Shown here: positions 11,960 to 25,870 of the stretch, in pieces
Layout of the letters: each line of letters begins with the position of its first letter
Position numbering within the stretch: position 1 is the stretch's first letter
Source of the DNA: Phoronis australis
Taxonomy: Eukaryota > Animalia > Phoronida
Assembly: GCA_002633005.1 (NCBI GenBank)
Contig: NMRA01000856.1
Span: 1 to 64,000 of the forward strand
DNA: 64,000 nucleotides
Direction of reading: 5' to 3'
Notes under the pieces: generated by a model
The model's database searches: none
What the model saw: the letters and a program-made list of their open reading frames with translations, nothing else
What the model was told of the DNA's origin: nothing
Translations under genes and position numbers: made by a program

Positions 11960-12603
11960 TGAGGAAAGACGAACAAAATAAAAATTGAAATGCTTCAAGA
12001 ACGACACAGTCTAATTATTTACAAGGTGGTATTTGTGTGAAATGTCGTATTCTGTCGGGTGTCATTTTAGTTCCAACGCACAAGTGAAAACCCTTCCACG
12101 ACATCAGTCAACCCTATGATTTCCCTGTCTGTTACATAAATTACATGGTAATTAGTAGGGAGCGATAACCACGTTTTCTTTATAATCTAATATGTTTCAA
12201 TAAATAACAACACGTGTGTGCAGAGAGTTCCGCTTGCCGTGAAGATTTAATTACAATTTGATTATTATCCAGCTTTATTCAACTGTGCTACATTTGTGAC
12301 AGGGGATAAAGCATTTGTTCGTTTAGTATAGCCTACAAATTAGAACTAGAAATCCCACGACTAAAGAACAGTTCACGCAGTTTATGATTTAACAGGGGCG
12401 TGGGTAATTCAAAAATCTAATAAACTTTTCCTAACAGACAAAATATGTACACACTCTATTGATTGAAGTGAATCTTGCTTAACACGTATAAACGCGTAAC
12501 TAAATATTAAATCTATTTATAATTTTTCCAAACGTACGGTACACAAATTTCACAAAGATACGACGGACAATCAACACGTCGTGATATACATGTAGTGTCA
12601 CTT

Positions 12604-12862
12604 ATGCATGCGCGCACCCAACCTAAAAATGGGGACCATCACATTTTTGAGAATATGAACCTTTTACTAAGATTCACAGGGTACGTTCAGAGCTATGAAG
12701 TGTGCAATCATCGAATTTTGGTAGTTCCTGCCTTTTTAGTGGACTTTTGTCCCTTTCTCTTTTTTTTGAGTTTTTGTTTCTATGAGGCGGGTGTTTTTTG
12801 CCCACTTCGTCAAATGGAGAGTTCGTTCGAGCTCCCCAAGCCCCCCCCCCCGTGCGCATATG
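12604..12862 (+). mobile_element. Dispersed MITE (hAT-like), copy 1; related to 52717-52970
   Basis: Shares atgcatgcgcgcaccca, cctttttagtggacttttgtc, tttttgcccacttcg and a C-run end with the 52.7-kb copy. Confidence 0.65.
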
Positions 12863-13081
12863 TTATGACCGCTTTGTCTGGACAAAATAAGAGTCTGCCT
12901 GTAAAGATTTCAGTTGTAATCTGCATCTTAACAGATTTTACTGACATAGGCGTAAATAAGCATTCAGGTGTAACGAATACGAACGTTCATACACTCACGC
13001 GTACACTCACGCACACGGTGTCTAGTGGTTACATGAAATGAAAAAAAAACTGTTCATTGGTTACACGCACACGCACACGCA

Positions 13082-13224
13082 CATGACGGATCTAGGGTGG
13101 GGCCCAAACACAATGAGCTCACGGAAAACGACCGCGTAGGCTGGTGACGGCGTTTTTTGGTCGTATCCGTACGATGGAGGCGGAGCCGAGCTCCCTGGGC
13201 TCCCCAAATAAACAATCTGTCATA
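13082..13224. mobile_element. Small MITE with catgacggat / atctgtcata termini, inside a simple-repeat tract
   Basis: Imperfect 10-bp inverted termini resembling the other CAxxxCGGATCTAGGG elements; TSD not clear. Confidence 0.4.
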
Positions 13225-13320
13225 CATACATACATACATACATACATACATACATACATACATAAATGCATATATACATACATACATACATACATACATA
13301 CATACATACATACGTACACA
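13221..13320. repeat. (CATA)n microsatellite
   Basis: Direct inspection; explains the YIHT and MYVC ORFs. Confidence 0.95.
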
Positions 13321-14260
13321 CATTCATACCTGCATGTGCACGTTCAATGACAAATGCTTACCTAATGTGGGCTTATATACATATATATATACATATACAC
13401 GCTCACACGCGCATACATAAACACACTTTCATAAATACATACTTCCGTACGTATACACCCATATATATGGGCATATCTGCACGTGGACATCAAAAATAAG
13501 AGGACAAACGGCGTCGCTTAATCGGATTACACACACTGCCTCCTGTTGTTTTTTTTTCGATATTTTTTGCATGACAAGAGTTTGTCACAATTTTGCTTTA
13601 CATAAAGAGTAAACTTATTAAGGAATACACGTGCAGAACTGTAAACGGGTGTTAAATATAATGACATCAATCAAACTGGTGCAAAATGTTCAGCTGTCCC
13701 GCATCAAATAAACAGCACTGGCCGCCGTGTGCCGCCACCTCGATGTGTGACGTTAACTAAACCTTTTAAATTGTACAAGGCACATTTAATGAATTTATTC
13801 AAAGGTTATTTTTAAAGAACTATACCATGAAATCTGACGAAACAATGGAACACAAGTTATGTATCGAATGACTGAAAACGGCTTGTCGGCTCTGTCAATA
13901 GAATTCATTTATATACTGTTTTTGAATAGTCATGGAACCTTAAAACACACCGAGCGGTGTTGCAGAGATAATGGCAAATAAGCGCACACAATGCAAAAAT
14001 ATACTCGGTTCTAAGGAAACGTCCTCGACGAAATTGAATTTGAACACAGGAAACAAAAATTAACGATTTCGCCACATTATTTTATATCATCGTTGTGATT
14101 GCAACGTTTTTGAAACAGAGATTCGATTTTTATTAAAACGATCTTCGTATAGCAAAAAATACTAGTAGCTCAGAGAACTACAGCTTAGACATTATAAGAA
14201 TACAGTTACAGCTTCGTCTCAATTAAAAACTTCACGAAAGGCACGTTACCGTAAACCAAT

Positions 14261-14667
14261 CTAGTTCCGGTCTCTAATCTTTGTACTCGAAATGAGCTGG
14301 AAATTATTTTTGGCAATTTCTCTTCTCCTTTTGTGCGAACTCAAGACAAGTGTTATCAGATTATGCTAGAATAATTATAGTTTATGCATGTGAGTTTCTA
14401 GTCCAAGTTTGCATTTAAAAACCCTTACATTCGAGCTACAAACTCTATTAAGAACTCGAAATTTTGAGTTCAAACTCGAACTTTTAGCTTTCATGTTGGA
14501 TTTGTCAACTGCAAATTAGGACTAAAAAATCATCTTCGTAAGTCATTATGTACTCGAACGTATAGAGTAATAGGCACTTATCTTGAGTTCTCACAAAAGA
14601 AGAGTAAAAATGCCAAACATAATTTCAAATTCCATTTCGAGTAAAAAGATTCAAGACTAGGCCCTAG
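14261..14667. mobile_element. Palindromic MITE (about 400 bp), possibly PIF/Harbinger-derived
   Basis: Left arm aatctttgtactcgaaatg...ttttgtgcgaactcaagacaagtg pairs with right arm cacttatcttgagttctcacaaaa...catttcgagtaaaaagatt. Both ends are ctag. Confidence 0.7.
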
Positions 14668-14898
14668 TCTCACGAAACCGATACTCAAATGGCTGATGGT
14701 CTCGCAATCAAAGGTGTTAAACGATAGCTAGAACTATACACATTTCTGGTGTCACCACCAACAAAATGGTCTCCAAACTTTGACGGCACTATTATTCACT
14801 TTCTATGGAATACCAATAGTAGGCAATGGACCATAGCTCCAGTCTTTCCATTTGACCATGTCAGGGGGTAACTTCATTTTTCATGTGTGGTTGACACC

Positions 14899-14997
14899 AG
14901 AGAGGGAGGCAGAGAGGCAGAGAGGGAGGCAGAGAGGCAGAGAGGCANGAGAGGCAGAGAGGCAGAGAGGCAGAGAGGCAGAGAGGCAGAGAGGCAG
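14899..14997. repeat. (AGAGGCAG)n 8-bp microsatellite
   Basis: Direct inspection; contains a single n (contig join). Confidence 0.92.
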
Positions 14998-17341
14998 ACC
15001 GGGTCTGTCCATAACAATCTGAGGCTTAATCAGAAAGGAGAATAAAACTTGAATCAAGACGAGATTAGAGACTGGTTGGAATCCAAGATTAGTGACTTGT
15101 TGGAAACAGTGGGTCACTGAACTATTCAAAGCTTGATGGTCCAAAATAAATACGAAAGCAAATGCGAATATTGTTTTGTATAGTTTATTACGTTTGAGGC
15201 CTTTTCATTCTAACGTAAGTCCGATCTGAGCGAAGCCTCGAAGTAGCCGTCACTGCGAAGTAACAAAACCGTTCATACTGGCTTAGGTAGCAGGTAAAAC
15301 TGTTGCAAGTGATTTAGTACGATTAATGCACACACAATTATCCATGACGCATTTAGATTGCCATACATTTTCCACAAGTTATGAAGCTTGTTTCATTTGA
15401 TTTAACCTGAAGAATTTTGGGGTTTTGATACAGTGATACGCCCATTCGATGTAGAAGTTGCCAAATTAGTGTTTACTTAGAGTTTGTTTTCAAAATTCAG
15501 TGCTTGTTAAATTTTATGGAATTCATGAACTAGTGTTAAAATTTAAAAAGATTTTTATGCCATACATTCTTTATACCTTGTTTTACATATTCTATGAAAA
15601 TTAGCCTTTATAGCAAGTCTTTGCCTTTAGCTAGATATGACTTCTAAAACAACTACTTGTATGCTCACTGCTTTCATTTTCATGTTACAATATGTTAAAA
15701 GTCATTATTTAACTTAGTTAAAGGTCTTATTGTTGCCTGCTCTGTTTTAGCCAGTCAAGGGCTTTGACTTTTGTAACAACTGGTGGTAGAAAAAAAAACG
15801 TTTTAAAATGATTGTCCAAATGAGTAATCTGTAGGTTATTAATCGGCACCATTTTAAGGGTGTTCCAATTTTTCAATAAGCTGTTTAAGTCTTGAATTGT
15901 GTAATTTGTTCTTTGCCAACGATAAATCTGCAAAAAAGTGGGAGTCACCTAAATAGTATTTCCATGGGTGTGTGAACAGAGGACAAAAATGCCAAACTAA
16001 CATAGATTACTGAAAAGCCATCTGTAATGAAACCAGTATCATTGTGTGATGTCAGTTTTATTTTTAACGACATTCCATTGGTAATTCCTGGTACATTTCA
16101 TGTAAGTCCCATGAACCAAGAGACAAGAAAATGGCTACAAATGTGTGCCGGACAAATTAGCCGGCATTGTCACCCATCGCATTGATTGATACGATGCATG
16201 GCTAAACTACTGAAATCATACCGGTGGTTAGGTTTTAAGCCATTTATGGCAGTTGTGATGGGTATCTGACCTTCTGATAATTGATTACTAAATTGTTGAA
16301 GTATTGGTGTTTATGTTAGCTAAATAATGCAATATGATGTTTGTTAAATGGTGACCCTTATTACTTTGTTTGGTGTGCTTGGTCAGTCTTCGAGTTTTGA
16401 ACAAGTTTTTGGTTGAAAACCGTTGTCATAGGTTACAAATTGGGCAATGGGGTTGTCATGAGATGCTCCTTGTTTGTTAATATACTGTAGGGGATCGTTT
16501 TTTATTTTTTATTTCCCTGTGATATTTAGTCTTTTAATTAACATTATTGCACTGGATGGTGTTAGATCGAGAATTATGGTAAAACTTGCAGCGATTGTCA
16601 TGCGATTGGTTTGTAAAACATACTTCGTTTTAAGAGGATGACTGATGAGCACAGGTTGCTGTTGATGAACAATAATTTGTAGATTACACTGTCCTTTGCT
16701 CATTTAGAGTTATCTGTGCACCTAGTGGATTTACGGCTCCGGTAAAAAGCGATTATTGGCTATGAATCAATGTGATTTTGCTGTTTGAAATCAAAGATCA
16801 TTAACTAATGTTTTTATTTGTGTCGGAGATGAACTGGTTGGTTTTTGACTACACTCACAGAAGTTTCCATGTTTCTCAAACTTTTCGCATGTACGAAAGA
16901 CCATATAAGACACAGGCTTGAACAACCCTGAAACTCAGCTCGTTGCTCATAAATACTGCCATGCTTATAATGGAAGCCAGGATTATAGTAGAAGCCAGCA
17001 GTAATTCATGTACCCTTAACTTAACAAACGATCTTTGTCTTTTAATTATGGTTGTACTCTATTGTTCGCGGTTTGTACATCTTGATATTCCTTTCCTATT
17101 TTATCCATGCTTGTTTCAATGTATATCTTTCATACTGCTACAGTATTGTTGCTAGATAGTAGATAGTAACTATTTAACATATTTTTGTAGTAAGTTATGG
17201 ACACAACCTTTTTTGAAATCTGGGGCAGACCCAAAGCATTGATTTTCTGATGTTGTATGTATTATCATTACTGGCTTAATACATAAGACGTTTGTTTGAA
17301 GTTGCAGGTATTTTATTTTTACTACAGATATTTGCGTGTTA

Positions 17342-17410
17342 CATGGGCGGTGCACCACAGGGAGCTGGGGGCTATAGCTCCCCACTTTTTTCAATGCTGC
17401 GCAGCTAATG
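17342..17410 (-). mobile_element. About 70-bp mini-MITE, same family as 53419-53488
   Basis: catgggcgg...gctgggggctatagctcccccactt is the near reverse complement of the 53.4-kb copy. Flanks TGTTA/TGTTG form a 4/5 match to a 5-bp TSD. Confidence 0.55.
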
Positions 17411-19408
17411 TGTTGACTACAATAATCATGACACAGTAGTAGCGATATATCAACGTGTGGTTGGAATGCGTAGTTGTAGTATAGTGACGGATCATGTTGA
17501 AAATTTTGACGTTTTAGTCATAAAACAGTGTAATAGCCAGAAAGTCTCTTATTTGCGGTATTCGAAAAACGACACGATTAACACAGGAACAGTTCCTGCA
17601 CAGAAAACCGGCAATTCTATCCATAACACCGTACTTCATTCTCTGTCCCTTCCTCGTTCCCAAGTTGAAAGTCAAAGTTCCCTATCGAACCGCCGTGCTT
17701 CCCCTTTCTGGCCCCTAGCGCCCACTTTCAGTTAGGAAGTCTATTTCTGCATGATCAAGATTCCGGGAAGTGCTCTAGTTATGAATGAAACCAAAGATTG
17801 TTTTAACTTAGAAGTTTCTGAAAGAAGCCAGGAAGAGACTTCCAGATTAAGGTTGTCATGGAAGCTTTAAAGACAGACATGACTGCTCTCCAACTTGAAG
17901 GTAGAAAAAATAATTTGGAAATGTAGTGATGTTCTTGCTTTGCACAAGACAAAAGCCTTCATTTCCGCGTGGTTTGTTTGGCCTAGAGATATAGAACAGT
18001 TTAAGAATCTTAAAAAATATTGCAGAAGTTTTCTACACGCTACTGTCGGACTATAAAAACAGTTTTGCCTAACTCAGGGGCGTGGTATTTTTTTGGCCAA
18101 AAATCACTTTCACAGGAAGATGAAGGATTTGTCGTTTTGTACAAAATCAAGTTGGTCACATTTGCCACTTCTTTACTTTCGAAAGACGCACTCTTGCTGA
18201 AATCATCAAAATTTTACGACGTGAGTTCGGCCTACAACTCGGGCTAGCAGCCGAATATAATTTTCTTAGTTGTTTCTTGTTCAAAAAAGTTGAGTCAGCC
18301 GGAAATGGTGTGTTATACAGTGCAGTTGAAAATCACCGTAACACATTATTGACCACTTTACATACCGCTTGGAGGCAGACGCATTGGATTCGAGTAGTTG
18401 TAGTCGAGGCCGTAAGATGCGCAGGCGCGTGCACAAATCTTAATCATCCATAGTTGTTGTTTGAGAGCAGAACCGTAATACGTAACTTTAGTTAGCACCT
18501 ATGGTTCCATTAATAATAAAAAACCCCGATTACTTGCAGTTTGTTCAGTAAAATTGGACAGCATTCTTCTCTTCAAATCGCCAAAAGGGGGCAATTTATA
18601 CACAAATTAACTTCAACAACATTTCTAACAAAGTTATAATTTCCTAAAGAACGAAGTTAAACTTTTCATCAGCAGAGAGATTTCTTACCAACTCTACCTG
18701 TGGTTTGAAAAACGGAAATCTTGCTGAGGAGATGATAAAGCAGAGCCAGCTAATTTGAGTCAAAGCATTCAGTATTCATTTTGAAAAGCGAATGTGTTCG
18801 TAGCTTTGAGTTCTGCGCGGCGTCTGTAGATAAGTGTAGTTAGTAATAGTTGTATATACAGTAATAGTAGTTAGTAAGTGATAGTGGAATATAAGAGTAA
18901 GTGTTTAGAGTCACATTTTAGAATGCTCAATTAACAATCTGTTGAGCTGTGTTACTTTATAGGGTAACAGCAAATAACATCGTGTTACTTTCCACGATGT
19001 TTACTTTTGTTTTCACCAGAAGTGAGTGAATCTCATGTACCAAAAGACGAAACTAACGCTAATATGCCAACATTTTAGAAATTGCAACTGTCTATGTATT
19101 TCTGTTCTATTATCAATTTTATCAATTCATAAGAAATGAAAATCAAGTCATACAGTTATGCCCCATTTCGCCAGAATAACTTTAAAAATCCAAAGTCTTC
19201 TCTGTTCATTGTGAAAAAAAAAATATTACGCCATGCATCAATTAGGAATATTTATACAAAACCAGTTCGTATCACTTTTTTTAACTCCGTTCATTCGAAG
19301 AAACAAAATTTTGATTTAGCCCACTTCTCGCTTTAAAATTCATTTCAACTTGTTCCGCGCCGATCTCAGACTACTGAGTAGTGATTTAGAGCTGTCTGTT
19401 CATAAACC

Positions 19409-19784
19409 TTTGAGACCACGCTCGGCGAATAAAACAACACGCCGTGACTTCAGTCACCTTGTAGAGCCTTGTGTCGAAGCGATAACGAAATCTCATACTT
19501 ATTTTGGCTAAAAAACGATTTGAGATCAACTTCATGACGGTCTAAATCATTTTTTTTTGTTTTTGTAGCAAAGGCAGAGTTTCAATAATTGTTCTTCTTT
19601 AGAATAATGAAGTAGCGCTGAGGAGGACTAGATAAGCTGTAATATAACACGTGGAAATAGTTCCGTAGGAAATAATATTCAGATAACTCCAATGGGCTGA
19701 TTTTTAAATGTCTATTATTTCGTGAGAAGTTGTTATTTTTGAATCCCAGGTTTTCCAATATTCACGCCGAGCGCGGATTACAAA
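19409..19784. mobile_element. Degenerate MITE with imperfect inverted ends
   Basis: tttgagaccacgctcggcgaata versus tattcacgccgagcgcggattacaaa. Confidence 0.4.
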
Positions 19785-20055
19785 TCCATGTAATCACATC
19801 GTGTGCTTCCGACACATGGCCATAAAACCTACAAATTAAACAAAATACAAAGTAACTAACCGCAATCATTCATATTTTATGGCAATTCTAACAGGTATTC
19901 TGCAGACATTCTGTCAATGCCACTGACCGAAATGTGATAAACCTAGCCAAAACTACAGTGTAGGTTCGGAAGGGGTTGAAAAAAGAATTTTCGTTATTCT
20001 TAAGTATTTTATTTGGTATTTCATGCAAACATCTCACTCAGAACTCATGAAAGCC

Positions 20056-20215
20056 CAGTGGCGGATTTAGAGGGGGGCCAAGGGGGCCATGGCCCCCCCT
20101 AAAATTCCCCCAGATTCCATTTGGCAGTTCGGAGGTGTGAATGTCCGACAGCCAAAATCCTGGCTAATACTCTCTCCTGCCCCCCCCCCAACTCAAAATC
20201 CTGGATCCGTCCCTG
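20056..20215 (+). mobile_element. 160-bp hAT-like MITE with perfect 5-bp TSD (AAGCC)
   Basis: aagcc|CAGTGGCGGATTTAG ... CTGGATCCGTCCCTG|aagcc (TSD at 20051-20055 and 20216-20220). Confidence 0.85.
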
Positions 20216-23200
20216 AAGCCGTTTTATAAATGATTAAATAAAGCAAACAAAACCAGCACCCTAAGTCGTTAAATTCATAGCACGCCTTTTTATGCAAAAC
20301 AAAATTAAACAGTGATGACATGTAAAACATACTTCAAGAGCATGTTATCATCTTGTCGCGACGGAAAGTAAAGTCGTTCGACAACTATAAACAAACACTA
20401 CCCAGGAGTCACGCGCGCGCTCACCGGGGGCGCTCGAATGCACATTTTTGATACGACGTATAAATAACAACGATATCGTGATACGTAACATGGCCGCACA
20501 TTAGCGGACGGTTGGCATACCTAAAACAGCTTGCTTGAAAAATCGTATTCTAAAAACAAAAGCCTAGCTCCCAACTGTCACAATACCATGTCTGATGCTG
20601 TTTGAAAAGAAAAAGATGTACTTTAATTCTGAAACTCCTCCACTACCACATCAAAGAAAATATTCCCTTTACGATCGTATTTGTTACATTGCCTTCATAA
20701 AATTTTGTCCCTTTCGTTGAAACAATAGTTTAACATATTCGGGTATTCTAAATGCTAAAATAACAGTTTAAGTCTGAATTCAACATAGCCTTGAAAATTA
20801 ATTGGGCGGCGAAACAATGCATCGCCAGTGAAAGGTTTCACGTGACCTCATCTGCTGTGTACATGCGAATTTTCTTTGTCCATAAATTTCTTAAGTACAC
20901 TTCTTAATTGTATGCAATTAAACGCATTACAAAAAAACAAAACAAATAATACTGAAACAGTTGCAAAGTCTATCAAATTTAACACTAGAGAACCTAAGCG
21001 AAATGCTTGGGTAGACGCGAACTTTTTTTAGAAATACGTATTCATGAAGTTCAACGATCACTGTAAGCGCGTTGAATAGGTGTTCACTATTGTCAGAGCT
21101 GGCAAGTTCAACGTGTTACAAACTAGAGAATGGTCACATTATTCAAGTACAATCATGTCGTCATTTTGTCATTACGTTACCACACCCTCTGGCGTTCATA
21201 TAATTAGCCATTGCACTAAATAACATGTCTGATGGTGAACTACTAGTTTGCTGGCAAACCCATAATGATGCCCGAATCCTTTGAGCATAGGTCTCAACCT
21301 TAGCTCCAAGTAAAAGTGCAAGATTTACAGCAGACGAACAGAACAGAACTCGGACCACTAAATAACATTTGAATGACTGCCGTTTGCTAGTTACACTGTG
21401 TGCTTATTTACTGTTCCCGTTTATAGTAGCAGTTTCAACGAGCAGTCAATGATTTGTCTTATGCACGCATGATTAATAAGTTCTGCGTGGAATCTGCAAC
21501 CGCGCGTTATTTCCAATGCAGCTCATTGGTTATTTTTGCGGAACGAAACGGAAGTCAGTCTACAGCCAGGTAAAAAACGAGCACAATTGGTTCTGCCGTA
21601 TGCTTTTAATTGATGCGGTGATACGGTATTTTGATTTGTCCATATTCTCAAAAAATCACCTGATGCCAGCAGAAATTCGGGTCTTTGTCCTTCTGATTTT
21701 ACTCAACGCTACCTAGTGTCAGATTTGAGGCAAGGGTTTCAAATGAGTCGGGGGCAAATTTTCTCTAGAACAATATTTTGCTGATGTGATGGTTCGAGCT
21801 AAGTTCGGTAAGTTAGAAAAACAGAATTTTTACAAAGCAACGCGTCTGAGTGCTCGTAGACTGAGACACAGGAAATTTAAAACGTCTTTGGGGGTCTTTA
21901 GACTATTTCAGTTGCAGCATATCGTCAATGCAGTGATCGAACTGTTAAAAGTATGAACCAGAGATTAAGTTTTAGCAAATCAATAACCGCTGTTAATGTC
22001 AGTTCTGCTTCTCAGAACTAGGTATTGTAATTTTGGAATCATGCATTGAGATGAACGGGTGGACGGACGGATGGATGGATGGGTGCGAAAAATGTATAAC
22101 TGTAAAAAAGAAGCAAGTCAAATAAATATTTTATAAAAAATACTTTAATTACAAGTATAGCAACTTTTAGGCGATCACGTTTTTAAGCAAACTTTCTCAT
22201 GTAAGTTTGTTCTTCAAATTTCAAAAGCGAAAACTTCTTTTCCGATACCCTTAGTTAAATTCTATGGTCCTCTCTTGGACGTAACACGTCAGAAACGTGT
22301 AGTACTTGCTTTTCAGCATTTTTGGTTTAATGCCTCCATATTTTGTACAAAGAATGTGAAATTGCTGCTATGTATAGAAAGAGGTCACCGTGACAAACGT
22401 GGCAATGGTGATGATTCCACCGAAATGTGCCACACTGATAGGTATCCCAGTGAGAAATGGGAAAACACGTTTTCAATACAAATATTTCGCATATTTCATC
22501 GAACAACGAGTACTTTCAAGCTCAGAACAAGAAACATACTATTCGTCTGACTTCAGTCAATGTCATATCGGGACAACTGCAATAATTCGTATGGCTGAAT
22601 GTTTTGAAAACATTGAATACAAACGATTGAAGGTCTGAACCCAAATAACTCATAATATTTTGGTAGTTCCTATTCTTAATACGCTCATTTACTCGCCGTG
22701 TTGAATTTCAATAACGCTTTCCGAGATCAAACAGACTCCCGTTGCTGTCGTGTGCAGAATCAACCCGCCACTGTAGATTCTAATCCGCTTACCTCAACCT
22801 TGCGAAAATATTTACATATTTACGATATTTCCGCCAAGAACAAAGTTCGTAAACAGAGGCGCCGCGTTTCATGAGCACCAACTGACGGACAAAGGAAAAC
22901 TACGAAAAATAACAAATCGTGATTAGCAATAATAATATAATTGCTTTAATCGATGTTTACTCGGACTTAAAAAAAGTGTTGTGCTTTTCCAGTTGTGAAT
23001 CACTCCACACCGGCGAGTCAGACATACAGGCGGGAATCGGGTTCTCGAGTTGTTATTTTTACAAATCAAGAATTCCTACTGTGAGTTCAAAGCGAGATTT
23101 CGGACAATAGTGAATTTGTCAATTAATTAACTATTATCGTGATTGTTTTACAAATTAACGACCTTGATTCAACTTCAAATCGGGTCGGAATCTCATAGTT

Positions 23201-25539
23201 TGCAACGCTCTAAGCACGCTTGCTCATACAATAAACAATAAATATTTTCGTCATCCTGATTTAACAATGGTATCGCACCACGGTTCGTGGGCTCATTTCC
23301 AGCGTCTGGAGATTGTAACAAGATTTGTTAATGGTCGAATTAGCCCCGAGACATTGATGCTTTGACAAGGTTATTTTCCGTTTTGGTTAACAAGGTCTAA
23401 CAAATGAGTTGTAAGTTTATTCTTTTGGCTATTACGGCCCGCGTGTTCGATGGGTGGTATGTCTGGGTTTACATACAACGATGAAGGGTTATGTTTATAT
23501 ACACAAAGGAGGCTGGTTTAAGATAATTGTTTAAAAACAAGCGTACACACAGCGCTGACAGAAGCCAGCTGTAAATCTATCAGCACTACTTAAGAATTAG
23601 ATAGCCATGTTAAAACATTGGTTTTGCATGTCTACTGGTAGAATAATATTTATTTTAAAATATATTAGCAGGCTAAAAATAATTAGGCTCATGACCCTGT
23701 CCAAATTCTGAAGTTAATCCACGAAGTGAATTCTTACAAGGCCATGCGACAAATGGTCCTTTTTACTTTCTTGGATTTATGATAAGAATGCAAATTTTGA
23801 GAGAACCAGTAGCAAAATAAATAGTTCTTGTTAGGTTTGTTCTTTGGAGTCAGACACTGTGACTCTTGAAACTGGTTATTAACTGACCAGATACAAAGTG
23901 GGAGTTTAGTAGACTATAATGCCAAGAAATGAATCAAAGCATATGAAATTACTCGTAGACTGCAAAATCTGCTAGAAATACACAATACAAAACTACAGAC
24001 TAGAACAAAATTCTAAAATAAATTCGATGAGCTATTATTTGAAATAACGGACTAATGATTTGAAAAAATATTCAAATTGCTTTAAGAACAAAATTTTATT
24101 GTTCAGAGTGCCCCAAAAGTAATGAGTATTTGATTAAAAGGCTCGGACATCGAAATGGGGGACACAGATTGGCAATAACTGAATGTTATCTATAAGTATC
24201 TATAAGTATTCCTCATGTATTCAAATTCTTCAAAACAAAAATATCTAAAAAGATGTCATTCGAATTTGCGGGATGTGAAAGGTTCACACGTCAACATCAG
24301 ATTTGCCCACTTGGCTCACTTGTGCGATCCGAATTACTACTGCAAGAATGGTTATACTAGTAATTGGGGAAACCTTCATTCAGAACAAGCGAACAAACGT
24401 TGGTTTATCATGAAATTGTGTAAATGTGACCTTTACAATTTAATTGTGTAATTATGACCTTTACAATTTAAGGTTATATAGGACTCTCGAAAAATAGCCA
24501 CATTTGGAAATTTTATCTCAGAAATGGCCGATAGGATTCGCATGAAACATTCAGATAGCATGCCTTATGCACTGTTCCCCAGAACGCTGTTGGACATTGA
24601 TTCAGAATTTCCCCACTGCATGAGGGGTTATAAAAACAGGACTTTTATGATTTTTATGAAAAAATGTTCAACAGTTGCATAAAACGAAACGATTATTTAG
24701 AAAACTTTAACAGCGTTTTTGAAATTTCACCTTGAACATTTATATCGAACGAAATTTAGTCATGTTATTGATACCGTTTTGCTATGAATGTACCTTTCTT
24801 TATTGATAGTTTTACTACAAACACATGGTCACGTGATCCAATCAATAGGAGATTGTTATAAAGTGAAAAGCCATACAAATTTTGCAGCTTTCCATTTCAG
24901 AAAATATATACCTTTACTGAGTATAAATGTGTAATGTATTTGGCTAAATACATGGACAAGTCGATAAGACCCTACATAACCTCAAATGAGATAAAACAGC
25001 TGGATGGCATATCCTCCAGGGTAAAGCTAGAAGTCACAAGATAGTCAACATGGTTGTGGAGCAATTTTCGAGGAAACAACAAATGTTCTTTGTTCATTAA
25101 TGCAAACTCAGCACCAGATCACATGTAAAAACCTTCCAAGCTTTAAGGCTAGCATGCATTCGAGTAAGAAGCAGTACTAATTATAACCATTTTTATACCT
25201 CGTTAGGACACATTCACAGATAAGTCAATGTTGAAAGAAGAACACAACATGGTAGGTACGTGATGATTGAAACGCGATCCCGAGAGATGGAGTGCGTGAC
25301 TGCTAAGGGTGGACATTTCAAGTGAAATCAGATTTTTCGCAAAATGTTTATCTGGCAGAAAAGCGAAAATGGAAATAGGACTTTTACTATCATAAACTCT
25401 ATCTCATAGCATTCCTTATCGTGATAGTATTCAATTTTCTGTTCTTCTCTGAGCTGCGCCCTCATGCGACGACCATCATCTTCGCCAATGACTCGATGGC
25501 TGTGCCGACAAGGATCCGCTCTGGTCTGCTCCATCCAAC

Positions 25540-25870
25540 TGGCACATCTTCCGGGAACACTGCTTAATCCAGCGTGTTTTTAGACCTATGTCCCCGGCCA
25601 TGCCGGCGTTGTTGTGAATGAGCAAGCAGACCAACTCGCCAGCCAGACTGTGATACCAGTGCCAATGAAGCTCTATGCATCTGACATAAGCTGCTTGGTC
25701 ACCGTAATATGGTGCTCCGCACAACAGAACAGCTGGGCGAATACAGCCAGGGACTTCGCCTTGTGCGACTGGAGCCAGTCAACTTCCAGTCACCGGAAAG
25801 GTCCTCTGTGAAGACTCCAGAATCAGCTTACTATGGGAAGCATCGCCCCCAATACCCTTCAGCTGATGCT
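25540..25870 (+). mobile_element. Non-LTR retrotransposon 3' fragment encoding the RNase H C-terminus (degenerate)
   Basis: *TYVPGHAGVVVNEQADQLAS matches the RNase H motif WVPGHxGxxGNExADxLA. Confidence 0.7.

Noticed and set aside
13054-13499. Five overlapping ORFs (YIHT/MYVC repeats)
   Set aside because: Products of the (CATA)n microsatellite.
21161-21358. 65-codon minus-strand ORF with a hydrophobic start (possible secreted peptide)
   Set aside because: GTG start, no recognisable motif or splice support; length expected by chance.
22409-22438. TGATGA...CTGA as a C/D-box snoRNA
   Set aside because: Only about 30 nt from C box to D box and no terminal stem.
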